DNA of 64,000 bases, taken from assembly GCA_964016885.1 (NCBI GenBank), contig OZ024740.1:368156001-368220000 (forward strand), given 5' to 3'. A model generated the notes under the pieces. That model had not been told where the DNA came from and searched no databases. It saw nothing but the letters and a program-made list of their open reading frames with translations. Shown here piece after piece: positions 12,321 to 25,065 of the stretch; position 1 is the stretch's first letter; each line of letters begins with the position of its first letter. The position numbers and the translations under genes were made by a program. The DNA is from Eledone cirrhosa. Its lineage: Eukaryota.

Positions 12321-13646
12321 CATGGTGAAATTGGTAATAATACAAATGTTAAAGAACCGTACTAGATAATACAAAGAGCTGTAAGTAAATGTAAACAAAA
12401 GCACGAAATCTGGTAGAGCCCAGTTCGGTTAAATGGTGCACAAAACTTGACCAGCTCTAAATCTGTGACTCTCCTGCAGATCGGGAGGCGTGGTTGTCTG
12501 AGGCTGGACAGAAATCCGGAAGTCAGGGATCACTACATAAACATAGCTATTTAAGTGAGTGTACATGTGCGTGTATCTATGTGAATATGAATTCCACGAT
12601 ATGTTGAGGGAAGGTTGTGAAAAACCTGTGCTCATTTACAGTATGATCAATGCACAATTATATCGAATATCTATTCTCATACCAAATTTCTCTAACAATA
12701 TATTAAAGGATTCGAATGACCTGTTGTAAGGTTTAAACTGGGCCATGTCATGCGTTTCTCATGCGTAATCAAATCAGTGACAGGAATATCTCTTTAAATG
12801 TAACACCTCTTTCATTATCGTTGAATCATCAGTATATTTCTAGTCAATAAAAGGAAAACCTGAAAATCGTGAACTTTGAAATCCCAGGGAGTAAATCGAC
12901 AGAAAGCTTCTCGAGAAAGTGTCCGAATTTGATTTAAGTCTTATTCCATACCGTTTTAGTTGAAACATGTAAAAATATCAATAATATTATATTTGAAGAA
13001 GTATGCTAAATCATATTTTCGGTGACAAATTTTACATTCCTATAACACAACACTTTCATATTATGAGAGAAATAACCAATGCTTATAAATCTATAAATAA
13101 ATTACTAAATGTGAGCCTTATGTATAGATGTAGAAAGTAGCAGGCGTGAAACGAATTACGTTGTCTCCATCGATACAATAGTCATATCTGAAAGCTTAGT
13201 GAATCGATTATATAAGTCATTTTTCCACAACGTTTATGAAATTGCAGAAATATGTCTCCTGCGAATACTTTCATATAATTTACTATACATCTGCAATAAT
13301 TTTATTATAAGCAAGTTGTAATAATGTATATTCAAATGACATTTAATGTCAACACAAACCCACTGTTAACACCAACATATATAAACATACATGTATCACA
13401 TACAAAAACATAAACAACATACAACTATTCAAAGGCGTTCACTTAGGTAATAAATTAAGCATCAGATAAGATAATGAAATGTTATATATATATATGTGTG
13501 TGTGTCGGACGATACCAAGCACGCTAGCCGGTTTAAGTTTTTACTGTGTTCGCCTGTTAACCACGTACTTTCAGGGCAGCTTAGACTCATACGATGACTT
13601 TAGTGTTAGCGAAATGCGATAGTTGGAAACTTTGTGAATCCACAAC

Positions 13647-13688
<42 letters not shown>

Positions 13689-13690
<2 letters not shown>

Positions 13691-13902
13691 CGAAGGAAAT
13701 GTGGTAAGGAACCAGGTGGACCATAACGCACCAAAGTACTCAATACTTGAGGTAGTAGAGTGGGTAATAGGAACCAGTAAGACCCCGACAGCTGAGCTCA
13801 AGCCGTTTCGACGGCTAATTCTGTAGAAACATTTATTACCGTTTTCACCAGAATTAGCCGTCGAAACGGCTTGAGCTCAGCTGTCGGGGTCTTACTGGTT
13901 CC

Positions 13903-13904
<2 letters not shown>
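13689..13904. mobile_element. Fold-back element family A, copy 2
   Basis: Same tail and arms as 10161-10340, with a 28-nt foreign loop. Confidence 0.85.
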
Positions 13905-13932
<28 letters not shown>

Positions 13933-13936
<4 letters not shown>

Positions 13937-14208
13937 AACAATGATGAAATTAAAAATGCAACTGGAGTCTTTTAAAAAAATATAGATATTTATTAGGTTC
14001 CTTTACCGGTTACGCAGTTTTTGTGCTTTTCAAAAGTAGAATTGAGATGGAGGGTTTGTAGTTTTTCTCCGTCTAAATTCTAGTTTTAAAACTCACAAGA
14101 ACTGCGAAACCGGTAAAGGAACCAAATAAATATATATTAACAAAAAAGACTCCAGTAGCATTTTCGATTTGTTCTTTTTTCACTTTGTAAAATAAACCTC
14201 ACTTTCTA
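13933..14208. mobile_element. Fold-back element family D, diverged relative of 8998-9612
   Basis: Arms ~13933-14052 and 14067-14180. Tail resembles that of 8998-9030. Core TTGAAAA-gca..tgc-GAAACCGGTA reconstructed from the two arms. Confidence 0.7.
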
Positions 14209-14243
14209 ATATATATATCAGAACTCCGACGGCTATATATATA

Positions 14244-14432
14244 TAGGAAAAGCGTCAGGAGCCCTATAATTGAGCTGCGGCCGTTTCGACAGCTAGGTCT
14301 GAACGCTGTCGAAACGACCGGAGCTCAGCCGTCGGAGTTCTAAATCTTTTCCTATTACCCTCTCTACTACCGAAAGTATCAAGTACACTGGTGCGTTATA
14401 GTGCACCTGGTTCCTTACCACACTTCCTTCTT
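14244..14432. mobile_element. Fold-back element family A, diverged copy 3
   Basis: cgtttcgacagc...gctgtcgaaacg hairpin plus tail ...ggttccttaccacacttccttc, opposite orientation to copy 2. Confidence 0.75.
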
Positions 14433-14936
14433 TATATATATATGTATTTATCTATCTATCTAGCTGTATATATACATCCATATATGCAGTACGTACACAC
14501 TCACACACACACACATACGTACACTCACGCACGTTGACCCGCTAACATGCACACACATAAAACTAAGAATGTACAAAAACATAGATGTAATGACATATAT
14601 ATAAAAACACATACAAACACACATATATATATATATACATGCACGCGCGCGTACATACGGAGGCGTTCGTGTACATATACAGAAAGTATACACACGTAAA
14701 GACGCTCAGACACATAGATACAGGTTGTAAAAACACCCTTGTGAATGAGTGAGTGCAAATATAAAAAATATAAAACTGGCTGCTAAATAACAGAAAATAT
14801 CTGGAGTGGAAAACGCAAGTAACTTGTGTAATCAAGTAGTACAGAAAATAGGGAAGTAAAAGGTGGAGAGTGAAGATATTAGGTAAGTGAATCGGAGAGT
14901 AAAGTGGGGGCGATGGTTTAGTGGTGGATGTGAAGT

Positions 14937-15225
14937 AAAAAAAAAAAAAAAATAAAAAATAAAAAATAAAAAAAAAATAAAAAATAAATAAATAAATAAA
15001 AAAAAAATAAAAATAAAAAAAAAAATAAAAAAAAAAATAAAAATAAAAAAAAAATTAAAAATAAAAATAAAAATAAAAATAAAAATAAAAATAAAAATAA
15101 AAATAAAAATAAAAATAAAAATAAAAATAAAAATAAAAATAAAAATAAAAATAAAAATAAAAATAAAAATAAAAATAAAAATAAAAATAAAAATAAAAAT
15201 AAAAATAAAAATAAAAATAAAATTA
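14937..15225. repeat. (AAAAT)n microsatellite
   Basis: Visible tandem repeat. Confidence 0.95.
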
Positions 15226-15339
15226 ATAATAAGATTAAAATTGAAAGTAAATCAGAAAAGGTAGTCTTAAAGAGAATAATTTGAGTGGAGAATAAGAGCT
15301 TATGGAGGATAAGTATCTGAAAATGTGTTAAGTTTATAA

Positions 15340-15890
15340 GAGCTGGAAAGCAGGTGTGATTTCATGTGTGGGCAACTGGTGAACATTTCTGTCTTTGTGT
15401 TTACGCAGGTCTTTGGTGATTTAAGTTTTGCAAAATCCAATATTTTTCATTTATGCATAGCGTGCACTTTCTTGTTCCTTTGCATTTTCTTTAGATTGGT
15501 TCAAAATTGACCAATCCAATTTATATTGGATACCTTGGTCTTTCAAATCCCATATTCTGCTAGCCAGAGCTGTTTTAAATCTTTTTTTCTGGATGTCGAA
15601 AGGATGCGACATGTGAGTAATAACGCGTTTTGAATTTGTCTTGTCATACCCACATATCGTTCACTGGTGGCTGGTTGGTTGTTGCTGATGGTTGTCACTT
15701 TAGCCGCATATACAATGGCTTTGGTGTTGCATTTACCTTGTAATGGGCATTCACTTTTGATTCTACAGGAGCAATTTTGATGTTCTCTAGGTGATTTGTT
15801 GTTGATTATATAAGATTTAATAGGGGGACCGCAGGAGTAGCTAATTTCGACACAGTTTCTGTTAAAGATCTTATAGTATCTATGTGTTCT
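15340..15890 (-). mobile_element. Penelope-like element, GIY-YIG endonuclease fragment
   Basis: KIFNRNCVEISYSC...CSCRIKSECPLQGKC...AIVYAAKV...RYVGMT, then frameshifted FKTR..H. Cys-rich linker plus VY/YVG (GIY-YIG) motifs. Confidence 0.85.
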
Positions 15891-15900
15891 ATATATATAT

Positions 15901-16305
15901 ATTAGAATTGGTGCTCTGAAATAGCGATATATATATATGAATGTATATATAGTGTATTTACAATACACTGTATGCTTAATTAAAAGCATTTCGAAGACCT
16001 TACGCTATTGTTATAGAGTAGTGACAGTCTCACTTACTTTAAATTTTCATCAAACAGGGGAGATAAATCAGACAGAGCTCTGTTTCGTTCTGATTGGTAC
16101 TTATCAATAAAGGTGGAGTACTTGGTTTTGATAAGTACCAATCAATATGAATCAGAGCTCTGTTAGCTTTATCTCACCTGCTTGCTGAAATTTTAAATTA
16201 AGTGAGACTGTCACTACTCGAACACAATAGCGTAAGGTCTTCGAAATGCTTTTAATTAAGCATACAGTGTATTGCAAAATACACTATATATACATTCATA
16301 TATAT
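15901..16305. mobile_element. Fold-back element family B in (TA)n
   Basis: Tail 15901-15927 plus arms ~15931-16106 and 16128-16305. Further copies at 38321 and 38642. Confidence 0.8.
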
Positions 16306-17067
16306 ATATAGTAATAATAATAAATTTGATAATACATGCATGTATTTGCGAGTGAATTTATTTATATATAATAGAAAAACGGAGGGTGAATAAGGAGAAC
16401 TCGAGAGACAGACAAAGAATGAGCGAAGACTGTGATTGAGATAAATGGGGCATACATATATTATCATATACAGAGCGATTTTCTGCCAGGTAAATAGAAT
16501 TAGGGAGAGTGCACAATATAAATGAAAAATATCACGTTTACATAGATTAATTACCTCAAACAACGATTCCTTCAAATCTTATTCTGGTAAAATAATTACA
16601 GAAAACAGTATTTTTTGTTTAGTTGTTTCTTCTGGTCTCAACAGAGGAATTGGGGAATGTATTTATGAGTATGAGATATTTCATATAAACTACGGATAAC
16701 TAATAATTTACAAAATGTCCTTAATTACGAAGTGCATCTTTCAGAATATCTTATGTTACAGGAATTTTTGTGAAATTGGTAAATATATTTCTAAAATTGG
16801 CAATCTCGAAGTTAATGTAAATATCATTATATCGGTACCAACACTTAACTTATATTTTAAAGAACCTGTAAAGCTGGAAGGAAATTTGCATGTGACACAA
16901 TTTGATAGATTTACACATGTTTCCTTTGAATACATTTGTATAAATTATTTGATGATTCTCGTGATTTTCATAGAGATAAATTAAATGCTATGGCCTTCTA
17001 TTTGGGATTGAAACATGTGTAAACAAAAAAAATAATGTATTAAACCTTGGTTATGTATTTATTCATG

Positions 17068-17205
<138 letters not shown>

Positions 17206-17780
17206 GGATCCTTTGTGAGTTTGTGTATAACCTTTACAAATGGAAATACCTGTATATATACATAAGCGCGAGTATAAATCTGCATTGGCTTGTACATAAA
17301 GATCACTTATACGCACACAGAGCAAGAATGTAATAAGTAACTATCTGTAACTTTAAACAATGACCTCCTCCATAGCATCAAATATGAGAAAATAAATTTT
17401 CCGAAAAACCGTTTTTAAAGAATTGTTTTTCAATTGATTAATCTTCGGAATTTAACACATTCAGGGAAGCATATACTTTAAAAGGAACTTAAGATTGAAG
17501 GGTGATTTGTGATTAACGCTCTAGAGATTAATTTTCTTAACTACAAACGTGACGAAGCTAAGTAATTTAATCAAATATGATCTTAATTACCATGTATCAA
17601 ATATGATATGTGCCACTTATTTTTCATCAGTTAGTTTTGGTATCACTCTTTACTTCTTGTTTATCTTCTGATGAACGACTAGTGCCCGAAACATTACGAA
17701 TTTCTTCCTGCTATTTCAAGCGATAAACTAATATATTTCTTCCATGTGCTGTGGATGAGGATGATGATGTCGACAATGAT

Positions 17781-17966
17781 AATTGTTTCTACTTTTGGCA
17801 CAAGGCCAGCAATTAACCCCAGTGTATTACTGGTACTTTATTTTATCGACCCCGTAAGGATGAAAGGCAAAGTCAACCTCGGCGGGATTTGAACTCAGAT
17901 CGTAAAGGGACGTAACTATGCTAGAAAGTATGGCGTCCGACCCTCTACCAATACTGCCAATCCACC
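17781..17966 (-). mobile_element. SINE S1
   Basis: Full S1 body with similar tgtcga..atgat flanks. Confidence 0.85.
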
Positions 17967-18106
17967 GGTTGTCGATGATCAATAATGATGATGATGATGA
18001 TGATTCTGAATTTTTAGATTTTTTTTTTTTTTCTCTGGGCATCTGTTTAATCTGAGCTAACCATGATTTTATTACACTCAAGGTATCAAACGGCGACGAC
18101 GACGGC

Positions 18107-18107
<1 letters not shown>

Positions 18108-18156
<49 letters not shown>
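18108..18156. repeat. (AAT)n microsatellite
   Basis: Visible tandem repeat. Confidence 0.95.
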
Positions 18157-19466
18157 TAGGGAAGAAGACACAGATGGTGGATAGAAGGTCGAGAAATTGC
18201 TTCCATAAGTTTTGATTTTTTAACATATTTAAATCAATTGTGAAATAACAATTCTTAGTACAAATGTTGCATAAAACATCCGGCTTGAGTCCCAAAAAAT
18301 TCGGATCCATAATATATTGTTATATCGCTCAAATATTCAATTTTGTATTATACATTTTATATTCAAAAAAGAAAATGGTTATAAATGGAAGAAAACCCCC
18401 TCTGTCTACACTATATAGAACAGCCAAACAACAGCAATTTCACCAACACCAGAAACTAGATACACCACCTACCGCATCACCCCTCTGTGTACACTAAACA
18501 CAACAGCCAGATAACTGCAATTTCACCACCACCAATCTCAGCATAATAATAATAATTGCTATTATTAAACAAAATGTTTAATTCCAATATTAAGAAAAAT
18601 ATGTCAACACATATACGCGACTAACCCCATAGATTCACCGATCAAACAAAATACAGTCTATTCAACAAAACTCAGTAACGACAACGCCATCACTACAGTC
18701 ACCGCCGCCGCCGCCCATCCATCATTACTAACACTATCCCATCACCGCCGCCACCACTCCTTCATTGCTACCACCGCTATCCCCCCATTACCTTCTGTTA
18801 ACTTACGAAAGGGGAAGATGGCGGTATCACTAGACAATATTAATAAACAAGATTAATATTTAATTTTGGATCAGGAATGTTAGAGTCGAAAAGGAGGAAA
18901 ATGACAAAATGACTAAATAACTAAAGATAATTTCACCACCAACACCACCACCACTACCACGATAAAAACTCTGGTTAAGTCGACTCAAACGCTATTTCTA
19001 CTCCAACTTCAATACCATCACTACAGTACTACGACCACCACCACTGCCTCATTATCGCTACCGCCGCTATTCTCTCCCACTACCTCCTGCTAGTTGCTGC
19101 TAGCACAGCGCCGCCACCACCACCGCCACCGGGGCCTCATTATTACTACCGCCGCTATTCTCTCCCGCTACCCTCTGCTACATTGTAGAATCCCCCTAAA
19201 AGAGGAAGGCATCAAAATATATAAATAGACTGAATTGATGACCCGCTCAAAATCAGAAAAACAAAAATCAAAATCAAAGCAGCATAGCAACAACGAAAAA
19301 CGGAAAGAAAATAAAAATGAAGAGAAAAACAAACAGACGGACAGAAAAGGGAAGGGAAAATCTAAGTCAGACATTCAAACAATACATTACAATGAAACTT
19401 ATGCAGATTCTTTTTTGGGTTTTTTTTTGCCTGTTTGTTTGTTTTGTTTATTTATGTTCGTCTACA

Positions 19467-22400
19467 GCGTGATAATGCCACAAAAAAATCACGCGGAGTG
19501 ACAAAACCACCGGAGGCGAGGAATTCACCGGTGGTTATGTAACCATACATTCGCCAATCCTCGATAAGAGTGTTTAAATGTCGAACCTAAACAGTTCGAA
19601 TAACGGTGAAATGGAGACTAGAATGTCATGTGACAGACTCTCACCCAACAGGTGCTCCCTGGCTCAGCAGCAGGGACCTGGCTGTCAACCAAATACTGCT
19701 GGTGTCGGAGGAAGAAGAAGAAGGAAAGGGACCAGAACCAACTGGACGAAAGAATTGAATAGAACTGTTATGCAATGTTACCTGAAGAGTGACCCCCCAA
19801 GAAGAAAGGCTATAGGAAACGGATGCATAACATCTGGAACGAGATTGGTCTATTTAAATTAGATGAACAAAAATTGGCCGGGCAGGCTCGGGTATATAAG
19901 AACTAATGGGTGGATAAGCGAGCTGGAACTGGAGGAACTGAGCAGAGAGGTTAGCTTGGAGATGGAGGGTGGAGTATGCCAGGCAAACGAGCCAGTGGGA
20001 AATGAAGGTGAAGAGGTCGAGAGAACGGAGGAACCACCCGAAGCAGACAATGACCTGAATGATGAGATAAATAATACCTGGAACAGAGATACGGCCACTG
20101 AGGAGATGAATGCTGACGGGCTAGGACAAGATTTGATTGATATCCTAAACTTAGTGGTAGATGAATTGAACAATGATAGTGGGAGACCTATGAACCTAAG
20201 ATGTGTAGACAGGAAAAAGTTAAAAGAAACAACAGCTAAGGTAAACAAAGTCATCCCATACCTTGAGGCGAGGAACCTTCACCAGTGCAACAATATCCTC
20301 AAAGCAAAAGCAAACACTGTGAGGAAACTACTTGGTATAAAAGCGAGAGGAAACAACAGACAAGAAAGAGCAGAGCCTTGGTGGAAGAAACGACTGAGTG
20401 GTCAAATCAGGGAAATGAGAAATGACATTGGAAAGCTTGAGTCCCTACTAAAAGGGACACTAAAAAACATAAACACTAAAAATAGACTGGAAATAAAGTA
20501 CAAAACTAGGAGGAAAAAGCTAAATATTATCATAGAGGAACTGAAGCAACGCATTGTAGCAAATAGTGCAAAAATCAGGCGATACGAGAACAGAGTCAGT
20601 CAGTATAGACAGAACCGCATGTTCGACAACAACCAGAAGATGCTGTTTGGACAGCTTGAAGGGAAAGAAAGAGGCAACGACTTGATCTTTGATGCGGAAC
20701 AAACTAAAACATTATGTTAAACATAATGACCATGCAGTGTGGATTGAAACAGTACAGAAGGAGATTAGTGAACAGGCACACCAACAAACTGATTTGAGTA
20801 TCACAGTTGAAACTCTTAAGGGGCAGACCAAGAAACTAACCAACTGGAAATCACCACCAGGCCGATATGGTGTGCAAGGGTATTGGATTAAAAATATAAC
20901 ATCCCTCCACCCGAAACTGACAACCATGTTCAATGACTGCTTGATGTCAGGTGAGGTACCAGAGTGGTTGACAAAAGGTACCACAGTTCTGATAATGAAA
21001 GACCGAATCAAGGGTAATGATGTTACCAACTATAGACCTATCACATGTCTGTCCGTAATGTGGAAACTGTTGACAAGCATTATGTCTGAGGAAATCTACC
21101 ATCACCTCCACACAAACAACTTGTTACCGGACGAACATAAATGATGCTGAAAGAAGTCACGTGGTACAAAGGACCAGTTACTTATTGATAAGATGGTAAT
21201 GAAGAATTGCAAGAGGAGACACACTGGTCTTGCCATGGGATGGATAGACTACAAAAAGGCATTTGACATGGTGCCTCGTTCTTGGATCACCAAAAGCCTG
21301 GAGATCTTCAAGGTGGCAGATAACAGCAGACAGTTTTTGGGCAAAAGTATGAAGTCCTGGAAAACAGAGTTAACATCAGCTGGAGAATCCTTGGGAAGCG
21401 TGAAGATCAAGTGATTTATGTTCCAGGGAGATAGTCTGTCCCCTTTGTTGTTTGTCCTTGCCCTGATGCCCCTGGCCATTATACTGTTGAAAGTGAGAGC
21501 AGGATACAGGTTGGGAAAGGGAGGGCTTACCATCAATCACCTCCTCTTCATGGACGATTTTAAGCTCTTCGGGAAGAGTGAGAAGGAGTTGGATGTGCTT
21601 GTTGACACTGTCCGTATTTTCAGCAATGATATATGTATGCAATTTGGTATTAGTAAGTGTGGAGTCATTGTGATGAAGAGGGGTAAGTTGAGCAGAAGTA
21701 ACGGAATCCAGGTACCAACAGGTGAGATGATAAAGGAAATTGACTCTGAAGAAGGATACAAGTATTTGGGCGTTCTGGAGGCTGATGACATCAAGAACAA
21801 AAAAATGAAGGAATTTATAAGAACTGAATACCTTTGGAGAGTAAGGAGCGTATTAAAGTCACATCTGAACAGTAGGAATGCCATAAGTGCAGTAAATTCC
21901 CGAGCTGTGTATATTATTAGGTACAGTGTGGGAATTCTGAGATGGAATGTTGCTGAACAAAAAGAAATGGATAGGAAGACTAGGAAGCTATTGACTATCT
22001 ACAACATGTTCCACAAGAGGAGTGATGTCGATAGACTCTACTTAAGGAGATCTGAAGGTGGAAGAGGTCTTATCAGCACAGAGGACTGTGTTCAGATGGA
22101 TTAAAACAACCTACACAAATACGTGACTGATAGTAAGGAGCCAAAGCTCAGAACTGTAATGAAGGAGGGGACAATAGGCCAGGGGATGTCCAAGGAGGAA
22201 ATAACATCAAGGAGAAAGAGCAGCCTTCAGGAAAAATCCCTTCATAGTACCTTCTTTGAGAAAACTGAATTTAGAGATCCACAGACATGGAACTGGTTGA
22301 AAAGAGGAGACCTTAAAAAGGCTACAGAAGGAACGTTAATGGCTGCGCAGGAACAGGCCCTCAAAACGAAGTGGTTGAAACACCATATTTACAAGGAGGA

Positions 22401-22967
22401 GGCTAACCCACTGTGCAGAATCTGTGGAGAGAGAGAGGAGACTGTGGCTCACATTGTATCCGAGTGTAAACACCTAGCCCAGACTCACTATAAGGGCTGG
22501 AGACATGATGTGATGGGCAGGGTGATCCACTGGCACCTATGCAAAGTAAACAATTTACCACATTCTGAGAAGTGGTATGAGCATAAGCCAGAGACGGTGA
22601 TAGAAAACGATCAGGTGAAGGTGCTGTGGGATTTTAGGATACAGACGGACAAGAAACCTGAACACAATAGACCTGACCTGGTGGTTTTAACAAAGAAAAA
22701 AGATCGTGCCTGATTGTGCGCACTAGGGACTATCTCAAAAAGTTTCCAGTTCCAGTCAAAAAGTTTCTAGTTAAAGAAAATTGGCCCCTTCACACTTTTT
22801 GGAACGCTTCAAAAGGCATGCTTGCTGGGGACAGCAAGAACCCTCCGATACGTCATGAATATCTGAGGCTGCAGCTAGTGGCTTGATATTCATTTCAACA
22901 AACATTCCAGTTAACTAACATCAATCACTGGGACTCAAAGAGTAATAACAATAATAATAATAATAAT
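19467..22967 (+). mobile_element. Near full-length, disrupted R4/Dong-clade non-LTR retrotransposon (RT + CCHC + restriction-like endonuclease)
   Basis: Successive ORF pieces with [79 protein letters not shown]. (AAT)n tail. Several stops and frameshifts, and an internal deletion near 22715. 5' boundary approximate. Confidence 0.93.
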
Positions 22968-24315
22968 GTTTTCTTTATTAACCACAAGGGTTTACATAAA
23001 GTAGACATTAAGGACAGTACAGGACAATACAGGACGGTACAAGTGGGCATTTCTGCGTGTAAAAATTATAGAGGATGTACTAAAACAACAAAGAAAAATT
23101 CCCTAATACGGGGGAGACTTCCGAGGGACATTTGTGGAGAAAGCCCATTAAAAGACCACAGTGACCCTGACAACCAGGGCAAGTGCCCTCTCCCAGTTTT
23201 CCACCTTTACTTTACAGACACATATTTAGAGTAGGCCCATTCACTCGGGCTGTACTTGCTTCTCTCACCCATCTTTCAACAAAATGCTGGGAAGAGAGTA
23301 CTTCCCTCTCTACCCTGATTTTCCTTTTCAAATGAAATTTGAAAAAGTTAATCAGGGATTCACCGAAGAGGTAAGTGCTCGTCTTCAGCCCTTTCAAACG
23401 TGTCCAACATACTATCTCTTTCGCCATGGCCACCAGACAGATAAAAACTGCCTGCCCTTCCCGGCTAAAGGAAGAGGGCGGGGTAATCCTCACGATGGAC
23501 TCAGATGATAGCCGGTGTTCGACATAAACAGCAGGTGTTCGACATAAACAGCAGGTGTTCGACATAAACCCACAAGTCAGCAATCCTCGGACACTGGACG
23601 AGTGCGTGCAGGACGGATTCGTCGCCCTGCGCGCATCTCGGACATTCCCGGCTGACGGCACCTCCATGCCTGTAGAGTTTATCCGGAACTGGCAAAGCTC
23701 CCCGGTATCACTGCCAGGCCAGGGATTTCTGGAAGTTGTCCATAGGCCCCGGCCCGAAAGTCCTTCCGAAGATATTGGCTAGGTGATTTTCGTCTACGCC
23801 TAGAGTTTCTCCAAGTACGTCATCGCTCTTCCCCTCCACTAATCCTCTATAGAACGCCAAGGTGGAGTTTCCACCGATCACATTGCCCGATTGGTCGAGG
23901 GCTGTGACCGCCTGAAAACATTCCAGTCTCCAAGCGCTCCCTCTCGGTCTTCGCTTGACCCAGGACTGAAGCTCCGTCAAGGAGACGAGCTGGGGAAAGA
24001 CGTGTCTAGCAAACGGCGACCACACCTGATCACCGTCGAGGAAGAGGTGTAGATGTCGTAGCCTGAGGGCGTGTCTGCGCATCATCAGCCACGGCATGCC
24101 CATCCCTCCACGTAGCGGGTGTTGACAGCAGATGGACCTCCTGACCATCGGAGCGCGTCCCTTCCACAAAAAGCGAAAGAGCAAACGCTCCAGCGCAGTC
24201 AGGCGGGGATTAGGACAAGGTACGAAGGTCAGGCGGTAGTGTAGATGATGGACGCGATGTACGCGTTAACCACCTCCGCTCGACCTTTCAGGGATAGCTT
24301 TCTCTCGGCCCATTT

Positions 24316-25065
24316 CTAGGTGCGAGAAGCCACCCTGCTCGTCACCTCGCCCCAGTTTTTGTCCGTCTGGAGGTCCGGACCGAACCAGACCCCTAGCAAT
24401 TTAACCGGTCCGTCCGTCCAGCGCCCGACGAGGCTATTGGACGGCATGGACCTGCCTCTCCAGGTGCCGAGCTGCAGGCCCACTGATTTTTCCTGGTTGA
24501 TTATTGCTCTTGTCACCGCTTCGTATTCCCTTAGTGTAGTGCCGATCGCCTCGATGCGTTTGGCGTTCGACACCACTACTGTGACATCGTCCGCATATGC
24601 TGACCCGGATCTTCCGCATCCTAGTTCGCGCGGGACCACCCTCAACGTCTCCAGTTTGTGCAGTAATGGCTCGAGAGTCAATCTGTACAAGAGGGACGAG
24701 AGGGGACATCCTTGGCGGACCGAGCGCATGATGTTGAACGGTTCCGAAAGGTGACCGTTCACTCTCACCACAGAGCAGATGTCGCTGTGCATGGCAGCGA
24801 TCCAGTCTCTGAAGACGGGCCCAAAGCCAGCCGCCCTCAGAACTGCCGCTAGATAACGATGGTCGACCCTATCGAAAGCTTTCGACTGATCTAAATTGAT
24901 CAAGGACCCACCCGTGCTAGGTTCCCTAGCTACCCTCTCTACGATGTATCGCATGAGGTGAAGGTTGTCGTGGATGGATCTGTCGGGAATGGCGCATGTC
25001 TGTGCCTCTCCCACCAGACCACCAACGACAAGCGTCAACCTCTTTGCTAGCACCTTGGCCAACAT
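24316..25065 (-). pseudogene. Tx1 ORF2 reverse transcriptase domain
   Basis: 249-aa ORF with AFDRV, QGCPLS, YADD. Confidence 0.9.

Noticed and set aside
16180-16240. Hammerhead in family B (ttgatgaa/ttgctgaa ... gaacacaatagcgta)
   Set aside because: Could not assign consistent stems I and III or an intact GAAA in any copy.
17668-17700. CTGATGA-acgactagtgccc-GAAAC core
   Set aside because: Core boxes are present but stems I-III do not pair convincingly; probably a decayed pseudo-LTR.
23513-23570. 20-nt triplication gcaggtgttcgacataaaca
   Set aside because: Local slippage mutation inside the dead Tx1 ORF2.
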